45,516 nucleotides of DNA from Octopus bimaculoides (GCF_001194135.2 NC_068982.1:113672734-113718249), one strand, 5' to 3'; shown: positions 11,203 to 23,761, numbered from the stretch's first letter. Translations and numbers: made by a program. Notes: generated by a model not told the origin, from the sequence alone.

Positions 11203-11450
11203 CAGCTGGATGCCCTTCCTAATGCCAATCACTTCGAGAGTGTAGTGGGTGCTTTTTATGTGCTACCGGCATGGGAGCCAGTCAGGCAGCACTCTCATCA
11301 GCCATGTTCGGATGGGGCTTTTTACATGCCACTGGCACAGGAGTCAGTCAAGGCAGGGGAGCTGGCATTAATCATGTTCAGATGGTGCTTCAGCTGGATG
11401 TCCTTCTTAACACCAACCACTTTACAAAGTGTAGTGGGTGCCAAGTAGCT
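11203..11450 (-). mobile_element. RTE-tail SINE fragment with internal repeated units
   Basis: 'cagctggatgcccttcctaatgccaatcac...gagagtgtagtgggtgc' is shared with copies at 16745 and 45275. Confidence 0.75.
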
Positions 11451-11474
11451 TGCAATACAGGAGAGAACAGATAC

Positions 11475-11486
11475 ACACTCACACAC

Positions 11487-11532
<46 letters not shown>

Positions 11533-11600
11533 GCAAACACACAAACACACACACAAACACACACACAAGCAAACACACACACACAAGCATACACACACAC
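11475..11600. repeat. Compound (CA)n microsatellite
   Basis: Read directly. Other microsatellites: 3333-3410, 10713-10747, 15460-15500, 20975-21150, 22150-22303, 23762-23930, 29155-29285, 32325-32500, 33150-33250, 39118-39165. Confidence 0.95.
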
Positions 11601-11794
11601 ACAAGCAAACACACACACAATAGGTTTCCATTCTGTTATGCCACTCAAATTTCAACACAGCGCTAGCAGTGGGAGCAACCCAGAACCACATGGTTACAAA
11701 GCGAACTTTTTAACTATGCTCTTATGCATGCACCTATATTAATGATATGCCTTTTTTAGAATCCAGTTTAGTGGGACAGATGCTATACTTCATT

Positions 11795-11930
11795 ACTGAG
11801 ACTTAGACTTTGTCTTTCACCCTTTCAGAGTCAATAAAATAAGTACCAGTTGAGCACTGGGGTTGATATAATCAACTTTTTCCCTCCCCCCAAATTGCTG
11901 GCCTTGTGCCAAAATTTGAAACCAATAGAT
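11795..11930 (+). mobile_element. 3' part of tRNA-head SINE (family B)
   Basis: 'gactttgtctttcaccctttcagagtcaataaaataagtaccagttgagcactggggttgat...aaattgctggccttgtgccaaaatttgaaacc'. Confidence 0.8.
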
Positions 11931-14914
11931 TTTATACAGTATTAGAATAATCTTACAGTTATTTTCTTTGATATCATTCCATAGATAAGATTGTTTACTT
12001 CCTGATGTAAAGCACAAAAGTAATTGAGAGCATTCCTGACAGAAGAGGTGACAAGAATGTAACTGGAAATAAAGCATTCATAAGACTGTGCATTCAGTGT
12101 TACTTATACCATCTAAAGAATCTAAGGTTTCAAACAAAATACAATTTCAAAAGCAGTTATATATTTCAGGGTTCTCTGTGACCTTCCAACTGCCTTATAG
12201 TACAGTTAGTTAGTATACAGTAGAATCAATTCAACCAATAATAATAATACCCCCACCATCTTCCTCCAGCCTTGTACCATAAAAAGAACTCATTATCCAT
12301 ATTTTACTACTAAATTCACTCAAGTGATCTTCTATGATGATGTTCTAATTTTTCTCATGAACAACTAGATGATGGAAACTTAAAAGCAGAATCTGAGTTG
12401 AAGAGGAAGATGGCTGTTGTGTTGTTTATTAATAACTTGGAATCTAGCTACTCCAACCATGGATTGTTCAGCATATAGCCATCTGGATAGTATCACATAT
12501 GCATTCAGACCTGTACAACTGAGTTTTATTTATTATTATAATTTTTTTTCTTTTTGCATGAGTAGTGACATCTTTAGGATTGGATCTATTTGTAGACTCA
12601 TTTAATATAATTAACATTATTGTAATTTATTTTTTAACCTTCTCAAAATTATAGATTTTTTTTTCCATGTTTTTATTGTCATTGTGTGCTCCTCTAGGAG
12701 TACTCAAGGCTTGCAGCCCAGAATGTTATTCTATTACTAGTAAATTGTTTTAATTTTGTATCTATACAATCTTTCATTGGTATGTTTTATAAACATCTCC
12801 AGATATTTATATTTCTACACACACACACACACACATACACATGCATGCATACATAGATACATAGATTCATACATATCTGCATAAATATGAGAGAGCGAGA
12901 GATGAAAGTATTATATATATGTAGTTTCCAGGAGAGATGTAACTCTGAATTAAGAACTTAAGAACTGATTAACATAATGACAACCCATACCTGCATGGGA
13001 AGCGAATGTAAAAATAATAATGATGATGATAATGATGCTGTTCCTTTAGGTATGGGTATTTGTATAAATGGTGAATAGGCTACCTCAACATGAGTCCTAA
13101 TTTTCTGATCGAAGTGTAGAATTCTTTCCCACTACTGAAAACATAAGGTTTACAATCTGTTTGAAATATGAATTTAAATTGAATTTGATAGACGTAAGGA
13201 AATTTTGGTAGGAGAAACAATAACAAAAAGAAAACCCTCTTCCCTATATTACAGCTGCAATACATTAAATAATAACAAGAAAACAAAATGAAAGATTAAT
13301 GTGAAGGAAATGAAAAATGAATTGAGATAATATGAATTTTGCTTCATAGAATGAAAAATAAGTTAGTATTATTGTGTATAAAAATAATAATTACAATTGG
13401 ATTAATAACATCAAAACTGAAAAGAAAGAAGGAAACCCAACAATAGGATAAGGATGCTAATTTCTTGGAATTTAATGGCTGTTGTTTTTTTCTTTTCTAA
13501 AGCTATTAAGCAAAGTATATTGCCGAATAAATGGATAATTTAATTTAACTCATGATATCCGAACAATGTTCCATAAAAAGGATTGTAAATATTTAGTGAT
13601 AATCTGTTCAGAAAGTTATAAAAGTGCACATATAATAGCGTAGATTTTATAAAATCTATTTTATAGTAATTTGTTTTAAAATTAACAAAAGAACAAACTA
13701 TTTTGTAGCAATATTTATTGCAATTTCCTAACTTCTTTGAGTTAATTGAAAGTGAAACAACAATGCAAAAAGTGTTATAAATTAAGTTTGATTTTGCTAT
13801 TACTATTTACAACATGGCTTTTCAATTTCTTTTGTAATTATCACCCAGATCCAATTACTTCTTGAAAAATATTTAATTAATTTAGGTTCTGTATTTCTTT
13901 CATGGTTTAAAAATGCTTCTCTGAGATAACTTGGGTGATTGGTGAAATAAAAGTAATAAGGTGAAAAAATATGATTACATTTAGTGACCCCATCTCAAAA
14001 TGAGCCTTATCTCCTCTGTGACACTACTATCGTTATTATCCTCATCACTATCATCATTACCACCAGCATCATCAGCATGAATCCTTGCATCCTCTTTGCT
14101 AAAAACAATTTTTTTCTTCTTTGTTTGGTTATTCAAGCCTGGTGAATACCCTATCATCATGTATTCTTATCACTTTTCAGCTCTAGGGGCTTAACATGTT
14201 ATTTCACTTTCAGTTGATTTGAAGAATTTAGGAAATCACAATAAATATCATTATAAATTAGTTTATGTTTTGTTAATTTTAAAGCAAATTACTACAAAAT
14301 AGATATTATAAAATCTGCTACTCTTACACTTGCATTTTGAGGAATCTCTAAAAAGATTATCACCAAATGTTTATAAACCTTTTTATTGATGTTGATCTAT
14401 ATCATCACTAGTTAAATTAAACATTGACGGATAATGAATTATATATATTCAAAAGTCCAAGTACTTTGCTTATTCTTGAGCTAATTAGATGACGAAGCAT
14501 TTGACATCACCAGATAGTAATTATAGGCATGTTTCAACTTACATTGTTTCAAGTTGCATCTTTTTCAACTTGACACTGTTTTTTAAAGAAATTAATGGAA
14601 ATAATAACCCATAACTTCAGTTGAATTATCTGACTTTACATCAGTCTCAGTGAATATATTTAAAACCATTAAAATTTTATAATACTAGTACTGAAGTGAA
14701 AAATCAAGTAAAATACATGTGGAAATATGTACAAACCATTTATTAAAACAAATTTAAGCTAATAGAGTTTTACAAATATTTCTTTCATGTCACATCACTT
14801 TTCAAGTTAAGTGGCCAACATATGTTGAGGTATATTCTTTCTGAATGTTGTTATCTAGTTGCGGGTTAGTTCTCAACTAAGTGACTTAAGATCTAAGACC
14901 TACTCATCTCCTTT

Positions 14915-15030
14915 TTCAAACATAGTGTATCTAGGACTACATTATCCATTATGTTCTTCCAGTTTTATAAATGGTGGTGTATGATGTGATTGAGATTTGG
15001 TTGCTATTTCCAGTAGATTATATGAGAGTG
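14915..15030 (+). mobile_element. Fragment of a dispersed repeat family (also near 186-260, and reversed at 40100-40260 and 41330-41510)
   Basis: Shared 'tatctaggactacattatcc...gagatttggttgctatttc' block and its reverse complement. Confidence 0.6.
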
Positions 15031-15354
15031 TAGGGTTGTCCTTATTGGTTCATATCACTTTTGTTTGAACGAACTTCATGTCATCAATAAAGCAGTAACA
15101 GAACAGCAATAGATCCAACTGAACACTCATACAGGCATCAGTATTATATTTCTCATATCAGTTAATGGTCTTTATAATTAAACATCTTCATTCTCATTAT
15201 TGGCAATTATATTTATTGCTTCATTCCTAAATAACTAAATCAGATGACATCACCAACTCATATTCATATATTCATATCAGTAGATGTCTCCTGTTTCCTT
15301 AGTCTAGTTCTTTATAATATTTTTAAAAAATGATACTGGCATGAGAATACATGA

Positions 15355-15455
15355 AGTTTCTCAACCAAGTATTCTCAGGTTCAGTCCAACTACATGGCAA
15401 CTTAGGCAAATGTCTTCTTCTATAGCCCTAGGCTGACCAAAGCTTATGAATGGGC

Positions 15456-15499
<44 letters not shown>

Positions 15500-15700
15500 A
15501 TGTATCCTTGTCTTGACATTACTTGATGACTGGAAATGTGCACCATTGCCGCGAATACAATGTTGTTCTTTTGCAGTTCTCTGTGGGAAACAGGTGAGGA
15601 TTAATGACAGAGAAGGCATTCAGCCATAGATTATCTACCTCAAAAAATTCAGTCTGACTCATGCAAGCATGGAAAACTGAATGCTAACTGATGATGATTT
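15355..15700 (+). mobile_element. SINE with family-A head, TG tract and RTE-type tail
   Basis: 'ggttcagtccaactacatggcaacttaggcaaatgtcttcttctatagcc...' through 'catgcaagcatggaaaactgaatgctaactgatgatga'. Confidence 0.7.
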
Positions 15701-15735
15701 TAGTCAAATGAAAAGCAATGATCATGACCCTTTTA

Positions 15736-15949
15736 TGAGGTGGTGCTGAAAAGTTCCTGACTTTAAGGGTGTCAGGAAAGGCCTGGTTGGAGGCCCAACC
15801 TCCCAAGTTCTTTTACAAGGCTTAGAAAAACTGACGGACCGCCGTAATAAGTATGTGAATCTGAGAGGAAAATATGTTGAATAAAATCATAAATTTATTC
15901 TCCTGCATTTTCTTTAACTCAAAGCCAGGAACTTTCTAGCATTCCCTTG
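15736..15949 (+). mobile_element. Mariner-type MITE / internally deleted mariner
   Basis: ~29-bp TIRs (tgaggtggtgctgaaaagttcctgacttt / aaagccaggaactttctagcattcccttg) with TA on the left. Internal LLQGLEKLTDRRNKYVNLRGKYVE* resembles a mariner transposase C-terminus. Confidence 0.8.
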
Positions 15950-16129
15950 TTGAGTGAGCTTCACTAAAGACACCCAAAAGTATCAGGAAGTGATGTTCAA
16001 CGGGTCGATGAGTTATGTACCAGCCAGATAAGCCAGGTAATATTTGAACTCAGAATTCAAAAGATGGAACAAATCTTTCAATGTATCCAGTTTAGTGTTC
16101 TTACTCTTCCAGCATTCTACCCTTTTGGA

Positions 16130-16270
16130 TTGGTACTATTATTTTAATCAATCCCAAAAGAATGAAGAGCAAAGTTGACTCCAGTGGAATTTGAATGCAG
16201 AGTGCAGACAACCAGAGCAAATACTGCAAAGTGCTTTGTACAATGCTCCAATGACTCTACCAATTTACTA
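16130..16270 (-). mobile_element. Degenerate family-B SINE
   Basis: 'ggtactatt...aatcaatcccaaaagaatgaagagcaaagttgactccagtggaatttgaa' is the reverse complement of the family-B core. Confidence 0.65.
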
Positions 16271-16744
16271 TCTAGTTTCATTTTTCAATTTTGTATTCAG
16301 CTTTTCTCATAGGTTAACTCATGGATGATGTTGCAGTAAATTTCAGCGTTACTGAGTTCCTAAGGGGTCAAGAACCTGTGGTTCTAGAGTCACGTGCAGC
16401 TCATTAGCCTTCTGTGAGTAGCTGTGAGGCATTCAGATCCTGCTCCTGTTCTATCGGTGATATAGTGAGCAAACAAATAAATCGTTTTCAAGAGTGAATT
16501 TATTGCCTGGCAGACTAACAGGTACTAATTAAATCTTAAAAAATTTCATTTAGGATATTTATAAAAATGAGTTCTCCATCGGTTATCTAACAACTAAGCA
16601 TGGATTTGTTTCATTTGCAGTACAGTTTCATTGAAGACTTTAACGAATAGCTAATTTCAGATTTGTTATATTTTCAGACCTATAAAATTAATCATGAGAT
16701 GAAACTGTTGCTTATCTGTCTGTCTGTCTACATTTATACATATC

Positions 16745-17035
16745 ACCATCATCATCATCGTTTAACATCCGCTTTCCATGCTAGCATAGGTTGGACGATT
16801 TGACTGAGGATTGGCAAAACAGATGGCTGCACCAGGCCCCAATCTGATCTGGCAGAGTTTCTACAGCTGGATGCCCTTCCTAACGCCAACCACTCCGAGA
16901 GTGTAGTGGGTGCTTTTATGTTCCACCAGCATAAGGATCAGTCTGGAGGTACTGGCAATGGCCATGCTCAAATGGTGTTGTTAGGTGCCACCTGCACAGG
17001 AGTCAGTTCAGTGGTGCTGGCAACGACCTCACACG
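16745..17035 (-). mobile_element. RTE-tail SINE ending in (GAT)n
   Basis: 'catcatcatcgtttaacatccgctttccatgctagcataggttggacg...' is closely similar to 45275-45516. Confidence 0.85.
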
Positions 17036-17199
17036 AATGTTTTGTTCACATGCCTATATATATATATATATATATCAATTTAAATAAGAGCCATAATGCA
17101 ATCCATAATAAAACTTGTTTAATAACCTATGCACATTTCAATGCAAGATCCCAACTACTCTTGTCTGAGATAAGAATATGGAGTCTTGCATCTCTTCAG

Positions 17200-18670
17200 G
17201 GTCAAGTTACATTAATTCACAGCAGACAGCAAACAACAGACAACATTAATAGTTGTCCTTAAATTACATGTGTATAAAAGAGTTATAATCAGGTTGTAAC
17301 GACATGAACATATTGAAACTGCTTACAATATCGGGTAAGAAAACCGTTGTATAGTCAAGTAACTAAGTAGAGTTTGTAACAGGATTGATAGATTTATACA
17401 GAGAAGGCATTACAGAACTTTTAAGAGTTACTTCTAAAGGCAGAATTGATTGAATTAACAGGAACAAACAGGAGATGAAAATATTTGTCAGGTTATTTTA
17501 AATTATTGAAAGAGAAAGAAATAAGCACTGAAAATTTGCTATCAGTAGGAATAGGTGGAGAGCATAAACATGAAAGGATTAAGAAAAGATTTGACTCTAC
17601 TGATGAATTCAGTTGGTCAAAAATTGTTTTCTTTTCATTGTATCATTCACCCTTTCTCTCTCAAATGTATGAAAATTATGTATCTCAATGTCAAAATTGT
17701 TACAAATACAATGGCAAAAAATGTAAACCACTGGCAGTTCTAGGCATTACTGCATGTTGGTTGTACTTATTCAGATTTATTGCTACATAGCAATGTCTTG
17801 TGACTTTTAAAAGGTAATGTTTTGTAAAGATTTACATCTCGCATAGAATATGTAAAACAATTTTTACAAACTCTTAGTAATAATGATAATAGCTATCCTA
17901 GACTGGAAGATCTTGATTATTTGTAAAAGTTACATTTTATGGCTTTAAACTTGCTTGGCAAAAAACTTCAGTTGTTTGAAAAGATTTTTAACATTTGAGG
18001 ACAAATTGTTTGTGAAGGACACTGAAAAATTGTAAACCAGTTCATTGCACCCCACTTGGAAACATTGAAGAAAGAAAAAATAATGTCAATAAAAGCTATT
18101 TACAGAAAACCATCATAAGCATGCAAAATGAATTGAGTAAATGGTTTATAGATTTTCATAGCAAAATAGTAACTTTAGTGTTCCCTACAACACCCATTGT
18201 CACTGAAATATCAGAAATAAATCTATCAGTATTTCTGAAGATTAGTCAGTCTGACCTTCGATGGACATAGCTGATATAACTGATAAGAAATTGTGATCAT
18301 GAAGATTGTTTTATATATATATTCAAAGAACTCAAATCAGTCTACCACTAGAAGCCAGATTTGCAGAAATTTATAAATGGACTGAAATTCAAACAAATCT
18401 AAAGCCAAAGAAAGTGATATTTGATGCTTGGAATTCAATTCAGATAATTATTGAAAAAATATTGCAAGATTGTCATTCAGTGTTATATTGATTTTTGGAT
18501 CAAACTATTTGTGCATACAAACTTTTTACAAATGGATTTAATCCAATCAAAATATCACACAAAGTTATCTGACCAAAGCTTGCAATCTTGTATTAAAATA
18601 AAAGCCATGACTTATGAACCCATATTGAAGCAATTTCAGATAAGATTCAGAACGAAAAATCAAATTAAGT
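17200..18670 (+). pseudogene. hAT transposase fossil (SPIN/Charlie/GTF2IRD2-EPM2AIP1-like group)
   Basis: Frameshifted motifs in order: ENLLSVGIGG (cf. KLVSVTTDG), FSFHCIIH at 17636-17650, VKIVTN..NHWQF, GNVLxRF, and a C-terminal dimerisation-like region FGSNYLC...SKYHTKLSDQSLQSCIKIK. Confidence 0.8.
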
Positions 18671-21485
18671 AAGAAAACACTAACGAAATACATGTTTTTT
18701 TTTATGTATTTTTGTTTATAGTAAATTATGTAGCTTCAGTAGTCTACATTTTATTTTTATATCATTATTATTTTCATTTATTTCTTTTTTATTTTTGCTA
18801 CAAGTGACTTTTCAGATTGATAAGGTTCATGATCTCTATGTTTTGACATTGATTGGTATGTGAAGGAAAGATGGTTGCATACAGTTAATCCCAAATGTTT
18901 TGACAATATTCACTGTAAAAATACAAAATAATTGACGGTAGAAGGTACTCATTGAAGCGGTACACTAAGGACTAGTTAGAAAGTGGTTAGTATGATAGGA
19001 AAAAGGATCATGAGTGAAATACAAGGAGTGCTGTGATACTACAGTTGTTCAAACTATATCAGTATTGAACAATGCATGTTAGATGATGTTGATGATGAAC
19101 ATGTGTATATGTGAGTGATGTGGAGTAATTTGCAAAGCAAAATATAGGACTCCATTGTACATCCATTACATATAATTGGTGTGTATTTCTGTGGATGTGT
19201 GTATATATATATCTTCTCTGTCCATCTGTTTAATGCTGTAAAAGGGGGCACAGAAAGCCAACAGAGTTTTATAGAGAAAATGAAAACACAACACAAATAG
19301 ATGTATGTAGGTCTAAACTTTTCATCAGTTGCTTTTGGATATTACCACAATTTTAACACCTCCTGGCAATGCTGTTAAACCTAGCAATATCATTAGCATT
19401 AAGCAGCCAGGATATAGATAGATAGACAGACGGAAGAAAATACAAAACAATAAATGGAAAGATAGTATATATAGACTTTCAATTAAATAAGACAAGTTGC
19501 GCAAAATCTCTCTCTCTCTCACACAAATACACACGCACATACACATTGCAATTTTGCCATTCATCCTCTTAGGATCGATTATTAAAGTATCAATCCAGTG
19601 TGGTGGATGGACAGAAACTTTCGAGCATTGAATAAGAAACCTTTTAGTATTTGTTCTGGTTATTTACACTCTGAGTTCAAATCCTGCTATAGTCTATTTG
19701 AACACTCTGCTGCAAGCATTCAAGCTATGTCTTCAGTTTGAGTATACTTCTCTCCCTGGCACCAGTCCTGGAAATCCTGTAAAGAGTCTTGGTTATTGCT
19801 CTGCTCTTGGCTAAACAATAAGCAATACATAAATCTTGATAGTATTGCACTGATAGCTACAAAGATTTTCTTTTATTGATGCTCTTTTAACTAAATGACT
19901 AAGATTATACACAAATTTGTTGGACTAGTCATGACCTGGGGTTAAACACCAACAACTAAAACAACAAATGTCTTGATACATTGTATCACTCCTTATTTAA
20001 ACTTTTCATACCTATCATCTACTCAGTATAGGGCACTAGTCTACCAACCATAAGAGGTTCATCTTGTATTCCCAGTAGTGTGCTTGCTACATAAACTTGT
20101 CAGAGACTGGACAGTATCAAGGTTTGTAGTCTTGTTCATGTGAAGTGGCTGGAGTTGTTTTTGCACTTGGCATATATTTGTGTATGGTGGTGGGCGACAA
20201 CAAAGTACTCAGATGTATGACCTTATTATCACTGTCTATTTAGCTTCCGTTAGCTTGTAATTGAGACTGCCTCATGGTCCCAGCAGACAAAATGGAAAAG
20301 ACATTGCCCTAGAAGACAGCGAGGGAGATGCACTGGAACAGCCACTCTGACTCATGTAGCTGGAGCAAGGCAATACCCACAACTCTTTATAGGGTCTCAA
20401 AGACTAATGGGAGAGAGAATGGTATTCTCAAACTGGAGACATAGCTTGAAGGCTTGCAACAGACTGTTCAAATAGACTATAGCTCACACTTGTCTGCTAT
20501 CTTTTGTCAAACATCTAATAACTTTTCTTTCATCTTTTCCTCAAATGTTGAATATATCTTATTGTTCAATCATTTGAACTATTATATTCTATGACTCTTG
20601 TTTCTTGGTCAGCACTTTACTGTACATTGCATTTCAAGGATGTTTATGCCCTCCACCCACACAACACCACATGATTTTCTGTGTTCTTTGAATTCTTTAT
20701 TTTATGTATGAAAGATAGTTGTTGATATATTTCCATTAATGTACATGTCTCTATATTTATATGTCTTTTGGGGTGTTAAATATAGGAACTAAATAACATA
20801 ATATTTGTTTAGAGCAATAGAATTTCTAGGTCCATACAAACCATAACAAATAAGATAATATGAAAAAGAATTTAATTAATTAATTAATTAATTCTAAAAT
20901 AAAACCAGAATACCGTTATATTTTCGGCATTTATATAGTGATTGAATTTGATAGATTATGATTCAGAACTTTGATGTGTGTGTGTGTTGTGCATGTGTGT
21001 GTGTTGTGTGTGTATGTGTGTGTGTATGCATGCGTGTGTGTGCACATGTGCTCTTCTACATTGTGTTCTTTTTCTTCTGCTTGTTCCACCTAATATATTT
21101 GTGTTTGTGTGTGAGTGTGTGTGTATTTATCAGTGTCCATGTATGTGTCTATGCATTTATAACATAACACCATCAATTAAAAACCAGACTGGTGTTGAGT
21201 CAAAACTACTAAACTCGGCCAGCAAAATAGAGAATGATAAATTAACTACCAGAGTAATATAAATACTGGGGTTGCTGTGATTGACTCTTGAAGTGTCCCA
21301 AAATGGCCACAGTCTAATTGTCTAAAATAGTATAAGCATATATAAATATATAATATGGTCATGATGTTATATTTGCAAGTATTTCTACTAAGAAAATAAC
21401 TTTATGAACAAAGTAAAGCAAATGCAATATATATATATACATCATGATGCAAGAGTTTTAAAATATAAATTAATGTAGTTTGTGT

Positions 21486-21547
21486 GTTCTATTAAAGTTG
21501 AAGGGATTAACTTTATGTTCTATTCAAGTTGAAGGGATTAACTTTAT
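21486..21547. repeat. 31-bp tandem duplication
   Basis: gttctattWaagttgaagggattaactttat-like unit twice; the copies differ at one base (a/c). Confidence 0.9.
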
Positions 21548-21618
21548 TACTTACTGTAAAAACCCATGTAATTTACACACATTTTTCGCAAAAATAAAAA
21601 TAAACTTTAGTGGGTGTG

Positions 21619-21840
21619 TAAATTACATGAGTAGATCGTTTGCAGAAGTGTTTTGGAATTTTTTTTTTGTTGAAAAAAGACATGCAAAACGGTAACATTC
21701 ATACCGGAAGTTGGCTCATTTAATGGGCATAAATTACATGAGTAGATCATTTCCAGAATTTTTTTAGAATTTGTTTTGTTGAAAAAAGATACACAGAATG
21801 AAAGCATTCATACCAGAAGTTGACTCATTTAATAGGCTTA
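21619..21840. repeat. 111-bp tandem duplication
   Basis: 'taaattacatgagtagatc' at 21619 and 21730, with collinear similarity through 'gaagttgrctcatttaat'. Confidence 0.9.
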
Positions 21841-22187
21841 AATATAATGAAGTTGACTTTTATTTATGCTGGATGGTATAATGCTTACTTTTTCTGTATA
21901 AATTTACTAAAACCATTAAATGGATAACTACATTTTGAAGTCTGATGTACAAGCTGGAAATCACAGTCTGGGCCATATTTTACATATTTTACTCAGTTGA
22001 GTAAAGTGTCATCCAGGCTGATGTTTATTGGTAATTAAACTTAGTTTGCAACACCTGTGTGTATTTATCAGCTTTGTTTTTGTTGATAATTCTTAACTCT
22101 TCCTGTATACGCGCATCTGTGAGTGTACGTAAGAGAGAAAGGCAAGCACACATGTATATATACATATATATGCATACATACGCATGA

Positions 22188-22243
<56 letters not shown>

Positions 22244-22248
22244 ATAGA

Positions 22249-22281
<33 letters not shown>

Positions 22282-22466
22282 ATAGAAAGATATATATATA
22301 TATNNNNNNNNNNNNNNNNNNNNNNNNNNNNNNNNNNNNNNNNNNNNNNNNNNNNNNNNNNNNNNNNNNNNNNNNNNNNNNNNNNNNNNNNNNNNNNNNN
22401 NNNNNNNNNNNNNNNNNNNNNNNNNNNNNNNNNNNNNNNNNNNNNNNNNNNNNNNNNNNNNNNNNN

Positions 22467-23598
22467 TTTTTTTTATATATTATTAGTGTTACTTAATATG
22501 TTTTGCTAAATTGCTGTTTCTTTTCAGATTTCATTAGAAAAAGGTAATTAAAATTCATTAAAATGACAGATCTATCGGACTTTCAAAGAGGTCAAATTAT
22601 TGGTGCTTGTATGGCAGGTGCTAGCATAACAAAAACAGCCAAAATTTTTGGTGTATCAAGAAGTATTGTCTTGAAAGTAATGACAGCCTTTGAGAAAGAG
22701 GGGAAAACCTCATCAAAACAAAACTCTGGAGGAAAACCAAAACTTTCAGATAGGGACCATTGGGCTGTGATGCGAATTGTTAGAAAGGGTCACAAAAGTA
22801 CAGCTCCCAAAATTACTGCAGAGCTTAATGACCACCTCGAGAACCCAGTTTCCACAAAAACTGTTCACTGGGAGCTGCACAAAGCCACATTTCACAGGAG
22901 GGTTGCAATCAGAAAACCACTACTTTCAAAAACAAACGTTGCAAAGCATTTAGAATGGAGTAAAAACCTACAGAGTTGGTCCCTTGAGCAGTGAAAGAAT
23001 GTTATTTTCTCAGATGAGTCATCCTTTACCCTATTTCTGACCACTGGTCGAATATACGTGTGGAGACAGGCAAAAGAAACATTTGACCCAAACTGCATTC
23101 TTCCAACTGTTAAACATGGGGGAGGATCTGTGATGATCTGGAGGTGGGGGCTATATCTTGGAAATCTGCTGGCCCAATGGTTTCCCTTCATGGCAGAATT
23201 AATAGTCAAGACTATTTAAGCATTTTATCTGATCAAATTCATCCTATGGTTGCGGAACTGTTTCCAGAGGGAAAAGCAATCTTTCAGGATGATAATGCAC
23301 CAGTTCACACAGCTAAAGTTGTTACTGAATGGCACGGGAAACAATCTAGTGAAGTTGAACATTTTATGTGGCCACCACTGTCCCCAGATCTCAATATTAT
23401 TGAACATTTATGGTGCATTTTAGAAAAACAAATAAGGAGTCGATATCCTCCACCATCATCACTACAAGAACTGGAGACTGTTTTAGTCCATACCTCGTAG
23501 AATTCAAGCTGTAATTACTGCCAAAGGCAGCCCTATCTCATATTAAAATTAATTTGTTTAAAATTTTAAGGTGTTTCCGTTATTTTGTCCAACCCCTG
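22467..23598 (+). mobile_element. Tc1/mariner DNA transposon, DD36E (Incomer-like); left end lost in the gap
   Basis: Right end '...gtttccgttattttgtccaacccctg' followed by TA (23599-23600), with a transposase reading frame inside. Confidence 0.9.
22563..23546 (+). pseudogene. Tc1-family transposase pseudogene
   Basis: HTH N-terminus (MTDLSDFQRGQIIG...), IFSDESSF, TVKHGGGSVMIW, FQDDNAP, WPPLSPDLNIIE, and C-terminal SIPRRIQAVITAKGSPISY*. Disabled by a TGA at 22992-22994, a frameshift near 23140 and a deletion near 23490. Confidence 0.92.
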
Positions 23599-23599
23599 T

Positions 23600-23761
23600 A
23601 TATATATTTTATTCTCTCTCTGTTTATTTTCTCATGCTCCTTTCTATTGAAGAGCGTAGGCTCGAAACATAAAGGACGTTCTCACCTTTCCGAGTGTTAA
23701 ACTAATACACCTGTTTTTTGTTTACACACCTCTCTTTGTCTTGGTTTTTGTAAATTCCAAC

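Noticed and set aside
11245-11691. HT/CV-rich ORFs (also at 3268, 15361, 20958, 22123, 23697, 29087-29472)
   Set aside because: These are translations of CA/TG/TA microsatellites and SINEs.
18816-18855. 40-nt plus-strand exon-like segment
   Set aside because: Splice-like sites only, not frame-preserving, no other support.
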